Program-made: the position numbers and the translations under genes | Assembly (NCBI GenBank): GCA_965215005.1 | Contig: CBDCCZ010000017.1 | Location: forward strand, 28,221-92,220 | DNA from: Kofleriaceae bacterium | Lineage (GTDB): Bacteria; Myxococcota_A; Polyangia; Haliangiales; Haliangiaceae | DNA: 64,000 nucleotides | Reading direction: 5' to 3' | In this document: positions 32,701 through 40,736 of the stretch, piece by piece | Position numbering within the stretch: position 1 is the stretch's first letter | How the letters are laid out: every line of letters starts with the position of its first letter | The notes under the pieces: model-generated | Told to the model about the DNA's origin: nothing | Seen by the model: the letters and a program-made list of their open reading frames with translations, nothing else | The model's database searches: none

Positions 32701-34246
32701 CGGCCGTGGGCATGGTGCGAAGCACGACCTCGAAGGTGGCGGTGCCGCCGGCCTCCGTGGTGCGCAGCCCCTCGGTCGGCGTGACGTTGATGCCAGCGGT
32801 GTCGTTGTCCTGATTGATGCCCGTCACGTTGGCGGGATCGACATCACTATAGTTGGGGTCATCGCTCGTAGCCGGCGCGGTGATGATGGTGAAGGGCTGA
32901 TCGCCATCGAGAATCATATCGTCGACGCCGGTGACGGTTACGACCTGCTCACTGTTCCAGTTGTCAGTCGTGAACACCACCTGCATGAGATCGATCGTCG
33001 CCTCGTCGGGCGCATTGCTCGACAGACCGACGGTGACGTCGGCGGTGGGCTGAGTGGTCAAGCGAATGGTGAAGGTGGCGGTGGTCGTTTCGTCTTCGCT
33101 AACGACCAATCCTTCCAGAGGCTCGATGAGGAACCCGCCCTGGTCGTCATCCACATTGATGACGGTGACGTCGGGAATTTCGACACCAGAGTAGGCGCCA
33201 TCGTCGCTTTCGGCGCTCATGATGATGCTGTACATCTGGTCGCCGTCGATCTCGTCGTCGTCGACGCCCGTCACCAGCACGTCCTGCGGGGCATTCCAGT
33301 TGTCTGCCGTGAAGGTCAAGCTCTGCGGCGCGACGGTGCCTTCGCTGTCGTCGCTGCTCATGAGCGTGATGGTCACATCACTGGTGGGTGCAGCGTTGAG
33401 CACGATCGAGAACATGGCCGTGCCACCCTCTTCGGTGGTGGTCAGCATCTCGGTCGGAGTGATGGTCACGCCTGCCGTCTCGTCATCGACGTTGATCAAC
33501 GTGACATCGACCGGATCGATGCCCGCGTAGGTCTCATCGTCGCTCTCGATGACGCCGAGATTGATGGTGTACTCGACGTTGCCGTCCTGCTCAGCGTCAT
33601 CGACGCCGGTCACCGTGACCTGCTGCGGCGCGCTCCAGTTGTCGGTCGTGAACGTCAAGCTGGCAGCCTCGACGGTGCCTTCGGTGGCGTCGGAGGTTGA
33701 AACCGGGATGGTGACATCCGCCGTGGGCGCCGCGTTCAACACCACAGAGAAGGAAGCAGTGCCACCGGCCTCGGTGGTCATCAGCCCTTCATCGGCATCG
33801 ACCGTAACACCGGCGGTCTCGTTGTCGATGTTGGTCACCTTGACATCTGCAGCGTTGAGATCGTTGTAGCTGCTGTCGTCGCTGACGGCCGGTGCGGTGA
33901 TGATCGAGTATTCGACGCTGCCGTCCATCTCTTCGTCGTCGAGCCCGGTCACGGTTACCCGCTGCGGGGCGTTCCAGTTCGACTCCGTGAACGTGAGCAT
34001 CTCGGGGTTGACCCTGCCCTCGGTGTCATCATCGCTGCTGAGAGCGATCGTGACGTTGGAGCGCGGCCGCGAATCGAGCTGGATGGTGAAGCTGTCGTCA
34101 CCGCCGGTCTCGGTGGTGGTCAGGCCGCTCGTCGGCGTGACGGTAATGCCACCTTCCGTGCGCTGGTCTTCATCGTCGCCGCAACCGGTGACCGCCAGAG
34201 CAAGCGCGAGGCCGACAGCAGATGTGCGTGCAAGACGATGAAACAT
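29738..34246 (-). CDS. Large lipoprotein made of 13 tandem Calx-beta/cadherin-like beta-sandwich repeats (about 113 aa each)
   Basis: GGAGG RBS, MFHRLARTSAVGLALALAVTGC lipobox; 13 copies of L.FT..NW..PQ.VTVTGVDD...DG...V.N.D(D/N)(E/D); no other domain visible. Confidence 0.88.
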   Translation of the reverse strand: MFHRLARTSAVGLALALAVTGCGDDEDQRTEGGITVTPTSGLTTTETGGDDSFTIQLDSRPRSNVTIALSSDDDTEGRVNPEMLTFTESNWNAPQRVTVTGLDDEEMDGSVEYSIITAPAVSDDSSYNDLNAADVKVTNIDNETAGVTVDADEGLMTTEAGGTASFSVVLNAAPTADVTIPVSTSDATEGTVEAASLTFTTDNWSAPQQVTVTGVDDAEQDGNVEYTINLGVIESDDETYAGIDPVDVTLINVDDETAGVTITPTEMLTTTEEGGTAMFSIVLNAAPTSDVTITLMSSDDSEGTVAPQSLTFTADNWNAPQDVLVTGVDDDEIDGDQMYSIIMSAESDDGAYSGVEIPDVTVINVDDDQGGFLIEPLEGLVVSEDETTTATFTIRLTTQPTADVTVGLSSNAPDEATIDLMQVVFTTDNWNSEQVVTVTGVDDMILDGDQPFTIITAPATSDDPNYSDVDPANVTGINQDNDTAGINVTPTEGLRTTEAGGTATFEVVLRTMPTADVMIALSSSDPDEGTVAPDMLTFTPVNWAAPQMVTVTGVADDLVDGNQRYTIITAAATSDDANYAGINPADVNVINEDIDAGVLLNVTEVQTAEQGPQATFSVSLNTAPTADVVVTVTSGDTSEGTVTPTTLTFTPANFAAPQVVTVTPVDDDIADGPQVYQVTLSAASADDDYDGIVIASVEVTNVDNETAGFAITPAATETLETTEAGGTATFTMRLTSQPSANVTVALSSDDTTEGTVAPASLTFTMANWNAPQTVTVTGVNDMDADGNVIYNIVTAAATSMDMSYAGLNPRDVRVRNIDDETPGITVTPRSVTVSETGTTQQIAYRLNARPTANVTINLTLNPPDGEEISINPTTLTFTPLNWRSFQQVTVTGLDDDIADNAPITVVGGRTQSTSAPYDDLVVPGVTVRVTDNDTAGVVVDPTMGLTTSELGGSATFSVVLTSEPTANVTIPITSSDTTEGVPQVMQLVFTPANWNAPQNVTVDGRNDDVADGDQVYFIRTGAAVSTDAGYSGFNADDVTLTNVDDETAGFEVTPLGGLNTTERGGTDTFRVRLTSEPTANVTVPVSSNDTGEGTAAPTSLVFTPQNWNAFQTVTVTGVDDDVADGPQTFTVVLAPAMSGDAGYNGMDPPNVVVTNADNETAGVFVDPTDGLVVTEDGTVSATFSIVLRSRPSANVTIPLTVSDASEATLGGASPVVFTPANWNAPQFVSVTGLDDDVADGNQVFTVVTGTTMSGDMQYNGLNVNDVEITNIDDETAGILVSRRRGLVTNESGSVTDSFSVVLTSQPTGNVTIPLTVSDPSEASLNVANLVFTMANWNTPQTVIVTGVNDALVDGDQTYLVRLEAAMAGGGDAYNGLIGGTVEGTNLDDETAGVLATPRDGLITSEANGTDTFEVVLNAQPAGNVTIALSSSNTSEGTVSPMTLNFTPGNWNVSQTVTITGVDDGAADGNQTYLIIGNSSTSADADYAALPNFQVEVVNTDND

Positions 34247-34656
34247 CGTCCTCCGCGGGTTAGCCCCAGAGGGGGCCTCTTCGTGGTTTCTAGTTAAGCG
34301 AATACTCACCGTTGGTCTCTCCTTTAAACCGGTCATTCCCTGAGCCTCTACTGCGCGCATGGTGCGCTGCTTCATAGCTATCTGCCAACATCGCCGCAAT
34401 TGCTGCGTGTGGCGCATTTACGCATCGTCACCCGTGGTTGAGCTGCGCGAGCAGCGGCTATCGAACGCAGGCCACTTCGACACGCAAACCCAACGGAGGA
34501 TCGAACACCGCGCGCAAACGTTCAACGGGAGAGTGCACTTTCCTGTGCTCGACCCAGTGGCAAAGTTCGATCAACGCTTCGATAAGCCCCTCTGCAGTGC
34601 ACCGCGCACACCGGACGACACGCCACGAGCACGTGGAATCCCGCCAAACCTGCGAC

Positions 34657-35019
34657 TCAGCTGCCGACCGTGATCTTGCTGGCGCCGCGGGCGAGCAGCC
34701 ACGCACGCACGCGCTCGAGCTGATCACCCTGCAAGACGATCAGCTCGCCTTCGACGCTGGCGCCCGCACCAAGCGCTTTCCGCAGCTCTTTGGCCATTGC
34801 TTCCAAGGCGTCGGCTGGCGCCGCGATGCCGGCGAGCACGGTCACTGTTTTGCCGGCGCGCGCTTTGCGCCGGCGACTGACGACCAGCTTGCCGCGAAAT
34901 GGATTTGGTGGCTCAGCGCCGCCGACTTCCTCCGCTTCTGGAGGCGAGCCCGGCGGCAGCGAGCTGCGCAGGGCCTCGAGCGCAGCGAAGGGTGACGACG
35001 GCTTCTTTGAATCGGCCAT
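34657..35019 (-). CDS. SUI1/eIF1-like translation initiation factor (YciH family)
   Basis: RKARAGKTVTVLAG...LRKALGAGASVEGELIVLQGD; start at 35019, just after the fbp stop. Confidence 0.88.
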   Translation of the reverse strand: MADSKKPSSPFAALEALRSSLPPGSPPEAEEVGGAEPPNPFRGKLVVSRRRKARAGKTVTVLAGIAAPADALEAMAKELRKALGAGASVEGELIVLQGDQLERVRAWLLARGASKITVGS

Positions 35020-35023
35020 ATCG

Positions 35024-36029
35024 CTAGCCATGCTTGGCGACGAGCGCTTCCACTGCCTCGACTTCCTTGGCGGGACCGACGATGAAGGAGGTGCGATCGT
35101 GCAGTCCGCTGGGCTCGAGGTCGAGAATCGAGCCGCTGCCGGTACTGGCTTTACCGCCTGCAGCCTCGGCGATGAATGCCAGCGGGTTGCACTCGTAAAG
35201 CACGCGCAGCTTGCCGCGTCCGGTCCGGCGATCGGCGGGATACAGAAACATTCCGCCGTACATCAAGTTGCGATGAAAGTCCGAGACCAGCGAGCCGATG
35301 TGCCTCGAGCTCACCCCGCCGCTTCTCGTCATCGTTGCGCGCTTTGACCGAATCGATATACGGTCGCACCCAAGCCGGCCAATACGGCTCGTTGCACTCG
35401 TTGATCGACAACACCTTGGTCTTTTGCGGCATGCGCAGGCCCGGGCGCGTCAAGAAGTACTCCCCAGCGCTGGGATCGAGCGTGAAACCATCCACGGTCT
35501 TGCCAGTCGTGTACACCATTACCGTCGACGAGCCGTACACGATGTAGCCTGCAGCGACCTGCTCACGCCCCGGGCGCAGCACATCCCGCCGCACGACCTC
35601 GTGCGGGTCGCAGCGGCGGTAGACACTGAAGATGGTGCCAATGGAGACGTTGGCGTCGATGTTGCTCGAACCGTCGAGGGGATCGAATAACACTACATAG
35701 TCGCCATCGAGCGGCGGCCGCACCTCGATGAGGTCGTGCTCCTCCTCGGAGGCCATCGCAGCGACGCAGCCGGAGCGATTGAGCACATCGATGAGCGCGT
35801 CGTTAGCGATGCGATCGAGCTTCTGCACGACCTCGTTCTGGACGTTGGTCTCGTCGGTCGCGCCCCAGACTTCGATGATGCCGGCGCGGCGAACCTGGGC
35901 CTGAATGAGTTTTCCGGCGACGCCGATCTGGGTGAGCAGCGACGAAAGCTGTCCAGTGGCATCTGGATGGAGCTTCTGGCTATCGAGAATGTGCTGGGTG
36001 AGGGTGAGCAATCTGCGCGACACGAGCAA
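35024..36029 (-). pseudogene. fbp: Class 1 fructose-1,6-bisphosphatase with one +1 frameshift at about 35314-35317 (sequencing error or pseudogene)
   Basis: N-part SEE, FDPLDGSSNID, AAGYIVYGSST, GFTLD; C-part RHIGSLVSDFHRNL..GGMFLYP..GKLRVLYECNP lies in the next frame. Removing one G from GGGG joins them into 335 codons. Confidence 0.9.
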
Positions 36030-36151
36030 CGCTCCTCTGGCAACGCCACGCGGCCAATCCCGAGCGGCAAGAAGCTCCTCTTATACGTCACCCCCTTCGC
36101 CGTCGCGACCACCAGCCGTGCGACGCCGCGATGCGCTAGAGTCGAGCTCTG

Positions 36152-37018
36152 GTGACAGACGGCGATTCCATGCTCGGCCGCGTCATTGCGGGTCGTTTCC
36201 GCGTCGAAACACTCCTTGGCGAGGGGCAGATGGCGCGGGTTTACGCGGCGACGCAACTATCGATGAGCCGCCGCGTCGCGCTCAAGGTGCTGCGCAGCGA
36301 GCTCATGCAGGATGCCGAAGCCTCGGAGCGATTTCGCCGCGAGGTGCGGGCGGTCGCCCTGCTCCGCTCGCCTCACACCATCGAGTTCTATGACTTCGGT
36401 GAGCTCGAAGGCGGCGAGCGCTACATTGCGATGGAGCACCTCGAGGGCGAAACCCTGCGCCAGCGCCTCGAGCGGCATCCCAAGCTCGCCCCTCCCGAGG
36501 TCATCGCGATCGTCTCACAGCTCGCCGCTTCGCTCGGCGAAGCCCACGCCGCGGGCGTCATTCATCGTGATCTCAAGCCCGAGAACGTCGAGTTCGTCAC
36601 CGCCGCCACGCCGATTCGGCCGTTCATGAAAGTGCTCGACTTCGGCCTCGCCAAGCTGGTTGATCCCGACGACGATGAGGTTCACATCACCGGCCGCCAT
36701 CGCACCGTCGGCACCCCAGCGTATCTCGCGCCGGAAAGCGCCACCTCCAGAGGCCATGTCGATTGGCGCAGCGATCTGTACTCGCTCGCGGTCATCATCT
36801 TCGAGATGCTGGTCGGTCAGCGACCATTCCAGGCGCCAAGCCCCATGCAGATGCTCATCGCCCATCTTCGCGAAGCCATCCCCTCGGCGCGCGCCCTCGG
36901 CGCTGAGCTACCTGCCGGCATCGATCAATTTTTCGCCACCGCGTTGGCAAAGGACCCCCAAGAGCGGTTCGCCAACGCCGATACGCTGTTGCAAGCGCTC
37001 AAGAACATCCTCAAGTAG
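36152..37018 (+). CDS. Single-domain Ser/Thr protein kinase
   Basis: LLGEGQMARVY, VALKVL, HRDLKPEN, DFGLAK, GTPAYLAPE. Confidence 0.92.
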   Translation: MTDGDSMLGRVIAGRFRVETLLGEGQMARVYAATQLSMSRRVALKVLRSELMQDAEASERFRREVRAVALLRSPHTIEFYDFGELEGGERYIAMEHLEGETLRQRLERHPKLAPPEVIAIVSQLAASLGEAHAAGVIHRDLKPENVEFVTAATPIRPFMKVLDFGLAKLVDPDDDEVHITGRHRTVGTPAYLAPESATSRGHVDWRSDLYSLAVIIFEMLVGQRPFQAPSPMQMLIAHLREAIPSARALGAELPAGIDQFFATALAKDPQERFANADTLLQALKNILK

Positions 37019-37053
37019 GCGGCTCCTACAGCAGCGCTGGCGTAGGCTACGCC

Positions 37054-37245
37054 ATGGGCCTCAAACCGCGAGTAAACCTCGATCCGGACCGCTGGTCGCC
37101 TCTTGGCAACGCCGGAGGCCTGCGTGTCGAGCACAACGTGCTCGGGGCGATTCGCCTCGTAGTCCCCGAAACCGAGGCTTCGTGGGTGATTCTGCCGTGG
37201 GAGGTAGCGCCGCTGGCGGCGCTGCTCGCCGCCGCGACGCAATGA
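37054..37245 (+). CDS. Small hypothetical protein (63 aa)
   Basis: Fills the gap after the kinase in the same direction; protein-like composition; no recognisable motif. Confidence 0.4.
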   Translation: MGLKPRVNLDPDRWSPLGNAGGLRVEHNVLGAIRLVVPETEASWVILPWEVAPLAALLAAATQ

Positions 37246-37402
37246 CGCCGCGTCGTAGCGCCACCTTTACTTCACGACTCACTCTCGCCGTGAGCCATCT
37301 CAGGATCGCGACGAGTTGCTAGAACGCCGTTAATTCAGGCATGTTGCGCCTCCTAGCCTGGCACCTGCGGGGTTATCGGCGCACCCTCGAAGCGGAGCAG
37401 CC

Positions 37403-38548
37403 ATGAGCACATTGCGATCGACGATATTGCGCGCCGGTACCCGCGTGGAGCGGAATTTCGACCGCCTGCGTCGCAGCGCCAAACGCCGCCTCGGTCTTGC
37501 CGATCCGGTAACCATTCAACCGTTTCGCGGCGACGGCGACCATCAGCAGCTGCGGCTGCGTGGGCGCGTGCTCGAGGTCGAAGGGCTGCAGGCTCCCGAG
37601 CCCGGCGATTCGGTGTGGAAGAACCTTCACCGCATGCTGCGGCGCTACGAGAGCGACGAGATTCCCGGCGCGCGGGTACGCGCGTCTTTTGCGGGTCGGC
37701 AGGTCGAGGTCGAGGCCGATGAGGAGGGGTTCATCGATATCGAGCTCGAGGTCGACCTCGAGCCCGACCCGCCTCCCGCAGAGCGTTGGCGCGCGGTCGA
37801 GCTCGAGCTGTGCGAACCACTGCGCGAGGGCCAAGCTCCCGTTCGCGTCACCGGTTGGGTCCTCACGCCACCGCGCTCTGCCGAGTACGGGGTGATCTCC
37901 GATGTCGATGACACCATCGTCGAGACCGGCGCGACGAACGTGTTGCGCCACTGGCGCACCGTGCTGTTCAACAACGCCATCAGCCGCACGCCCTTCCCCG
38001 GGCTCGCAGCGTTCTACCGGGCACTAGAGCGCGATGCCCGCGGCCGGCCCATCAAGCCGATTTTCTACGTCTCGTCCAGCCCGTGGAACATCTTCGACTT
38101 GTTCGAGCGCTTCATGGAAGCGCACGACATTCCGGTCGGGCCCATGGTGTTCAAAGACTTCGGCCTCGACCGCACCAAGTTCCTCAAGGGCGGCCATCGC
38201 GGTCATAAGCTCGAGGCCATCGAGTTGATTCTGTCGCGCTATCCGCATCTGCCCTTCATCCTGATCGGCGACAGCGGTCAGCGCGATGTCGAGATTTATC
38301 GCAGCGTGGTCGAGCGATACCCTGGACGGGTGTTGGCGGTCTACATCCGCGACGTGAGTCGCGACGCGCGTGACCGCACCACGCGCGACATTCTCGCGAC
38401 GATGCGCGAGCACGGCGTGCAAACCGCATTTGGACCAACGCTCATGGAAGCCGCCGCCAATGCGGCGACTCATGGGTGGATCGACTATCCGGCAGTCGCC
38501 GAGGTGCAGCGCGAGGTCGATGCAGCTCGCGACGCGAGCGCTCGCTGA
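37403..38548 (+). CDS. App1-family phosphatidate phosphatase (DUF2183)
   Basis: ISDVDDTI (DxDxT), FYVSSSPWN, FILIGDSGQRD.EIY. Confidence 0.88.
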   Translation: MSTLRSTILRAGTRVERNFDRLRRSAKRRLGLADPVTIQPFRGDGDHQQLRLRGRVLEVEGLQAPEPGDSVWKNLHRMLRRYESDEIPGARVRASFAGRQVEVEADEEGFIDIELEVDLEPDPPPAERWRAVELELCEPLREGQAPVRVTGWVLTPPRSAEYGVISDVDDTIVETGATNVLRHWRTVLFNNAISRTPFPGLAAFYRALERDARGRPIKPIFYVSSSPWNIFDLFERFMEAHDIPVGPMVFKDFGLDRTKFLKGGHRGHKLEAIELILSRYPHLPFILIGDSGQRDVEIYRSVVERYPGRVLAVYIRDVSRDARDRTTRDILATMREHGVQTAFGPTLMEAAANAATHGWIDYPAVAEVQREVDAARDASAR

Positions 38549-38659
38549 GAGCCCGCATGAGCTCGACCTGCGCGAGGCAGCTCAGCGGTGAGCATCCTCT
38601 CGAGCGGATCGGGTTGATCGACAATGGGTCCTGTGGCCGCTCCGAGCTATCATCGATAG

Positions 38660-39040
38660 ATGGAACGGTCGCAAGGGGTGGAGGCAACGGCATTGTTGAC
38701 CGCGGCGCAGGTCGGTGAGCTGCGAGGGCACCTGCAGGAGCTGCAGCACGCGCTGCAAGGCGCCCTCGGTGCGGCGGCCGAGAGAGCGCGCGCCGTGGAT
38801 ATCGACGAACCGATTGGCCGGGTGTCACGGATGGATGCCATCGGCCAGCAGACCTTGGCGCAAGCCAGCCGCCGCAGCCTCGAGCAGCGCCTACGGCTCA
38901 TCGCGGGCGCACTGGCCCGGGTTCGCGCCGGCGAATACGGCGTCTGTGCGGGCTGCGAGGAGCCGATTGGGTATCGCCGACTGCTCGCTCGTCCTGAGAC
39001 TCGCTATTGCCTCGCCTGCCAATCAGCTCGCGAGCGCTGA
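38660..39040 (+). CDS. TraR/DksA C4-type zinc finger protein
   Basis: IGRVSRMDAIGQQ; EYGVCAGCEEPI...RLLARP...CLAC. Confidence 0.88.
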   Translation: MERSQGVEATALLTAAQVGELRGHLQELQHALQGALGAAAERARAVDIDEPIGRVSRMDAIGQQTLAQASRRSLEQRLRLIAGALARVRAGEYGVCAGCEEPIGYRRLLARPETRYCLACQSARER

Positions 39041-39042
39041 GC

Positions 39043-39615
39043 TCAGGAGCCAGCGGCGTCCGCGTCGCGAGTTGGCGCCGCGGATGAGAGAACCTCGACC
39101 GGCCCCGGGCGCAGCCGCAAGATCACTCCCATCGCGGCAAAGTAAAGCTCCTCGGAACGCGCCGCCAGCGCTTGGTGAGCACGACCCGCCAAGTCGCGAA
39201 ACCGCCGGCCGAGCGCGGTCTCTGGCACGATGCCGAGCCCGACCTCGTTGCTTACGACGATGACGGTGGCTGTCGCCTCGACGGCAACTGCTGCTAACTC
39301 CAAAATCGCCGATTCGATCGCAGCGTCACTGTCGCCGCGCAAGAGGAGGTTCGATAGCCATAAGGTTACGCAGTCGATGACGATCGCGTCCGCCGCGACA
39401 CTAGTGACTGCCGCTGCGACCTCATGCGGCGCCTCGACGGTTCGGTAGCGGTCGCTGCGCTCGCTGCGATGGCCCGCAATGCGCGCCCGCATCTCATCGT
39501 CGAGCGCCCGACCGGTAGCCACGAACACGCGGCGCTCGCCGACCCGCTCTGCGCGTGTCAACGCAAAGCGGCTCTTGCCCGAGCGCACCCCTCCAGCAAT
39601 GAACACCAGTGGCAT
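39043..39615 (-). CDS. cobU: Adenosylcobinamide kinase / adenosylcobinamide-phosphate guanylyltransferase
   Basis: GGVRSGKS, DDEMRARIAGHR, IDCVTLWLSN, VSNEVGLGIVP, RFRDLAG. Confidence 0.93.
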   Translation of the reverse strand: MPLVFIAGGVRSGKSRFALTRAERVGERRVFVATGRALDDEMRARIAGHRSERSDRYRTVEAPHEVAAAVTSVAADAIVIDCVTLWLSNLLLRGDSDAAIESAILELAAVAVEATATVIVVSNEVGLGIVPETALGRRFRDLAGRAHQALAARSEELYFAAMGVILRLRPGPVEVLSSAAPTRDADAAGS

Positions 39616-39736
39616 CGCGCGAGCATCGCACTACCGCGCGCGCCTGCAAGCCCCAGGCGCGACTTTGCGCGATAGCATTCCCGCGGAGATGAGTGACTCG
39701 ACGCCCTAGCACCGCGATGAAGCGGCATCGAAGTCA

Positions 39737-40492
39737 TCAGTAGAGAAACTCGTCGCGGCCGTTGGTGGTGATGATCCAGGTGATGGTATCGGCGGTGAGA
39801 TAGGGGTCGAGCTCTGCGTAGGCGGTGGCAAGGGATTCGGCGTGGGCGGGGCTATACGCCAAGATGGCGAGGATCTGCTTCTGCCAGCGGTCCCCAGCTG
39901 AAACGCTGGCGGAGCTGTCGCGGATGCCTCGCAGCTTGTCCTCGAGGAGGAACTTGGCCTGCTCGGGTGGGAACGGCGCGTCGAACGGATACGCCACGGC
40001 TCTGGTCACACTAACGCCGAGGGGAACGTTGGCCATGGTCACGAGCAAGTCGGTCATGGCACCCGGTTGGTCATAGATGATTTGGGTTTCAGTCTTGACC
40101 AGCGTTGCTCGTTCGCAGCGCGCGAGAACCTCATAGGCGAACACCTCCGACAAAATCGAGCTGCCGCCCGCGTTGCCATCGCGGAGGATTTGCTGGCTAC
40201 CAGCAGTGAGCGTTGTGGCGAGCTCGTCGCGATAGGGCTCGGAGAACTCGATGGTGGTGGTGACGTAGGTCGGTTCGATGGTGGCGAGCTCGTCGTCGAG
40301 GAGCCCGCAACCGCCCTCGATGGTGCCAAAGCCCGGCAAGGGAACCTCGATTCCAGCATCGGCTGGCTCCGCGGCAGCATCGGCTAGTTCCGTGGCAGCA
40401 TCCGCAGCGGAGGCGTCGGCGAGGTCGCCGGCGGCCGAGCTGCTACACGCAGCGGCCAGCAATGCGAAGAGAAGCGGGATTTTCGCGGTCAC
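39737..40492 (-). CDS. Hypothetical lipoprotein with an AAC4-like (possible PD-(D/E)xK-fold) domain
   Basis: Lipobox LAAAC; NAGGSSILSE..., KTE..I.Y, TD..., GVSVTRA motifs; GTG start inferred. Confidence 0.6.
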   Translation of the reverse strand: MTAKIPLLFALLAAACSSSAAGDLADASAADAATELADAAAEPADAGIEVPLPGFGTIEGGCGLLDDELATIEPTYVTTTIEFSEPYRDELATTLTAGSQQILRDGNAGGSSILSEVFAYEVLARCERATLVKTETQIIYDQPGAMTDLLVTMANVPLGVSVTRAVAYPFDAPFPPEQAKFLLEDKLRGIRDSSASVSAGDRWQKQILAILAYSPAHAESLATAYAELDPYLTADTITWIITTNGRDEFLY

Positions 40493-40736
40493 GGGCCGGA
40501 GTACAGCACGAGGAACGCGCGGCGAGCCACAGCGATGTTTGGCAGCAGTAGGTAGCGTCGTCTCGACCACGCGCACTACAGACGACTCTGGCAACACGGC
40601 ACAGAAGCGATGAGCTTCGGTTCGTGGCCTCGCACAGCGGGAGCCTCATGGCAGCCGACTCTGCCCTCAGACCTCGACGACGCTCTTGCCGAGGCCAATC
40701 GCTCTACAGATTTTGCCGCCCCGGCGGCTGGGAGAT

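Noticed and set aside
13052..34336. 13-bp inverted match ATGACCGGTTTAA at 13052 and 34324-34336 as island terminal repeats
   Set aside because: A match this short is expected by chance in 64 kb. One copy is part of the tRNA terminator, and there is no associated transposase.
34247..34450. Riboswitch (c-di-GMP type) or sigma54 promoter in the leader of the repeat lipoprotein
   Set aside because: I could not fit the GEMM consensus or the GG-N10-GC spacing; an Rfam scan would settle it.
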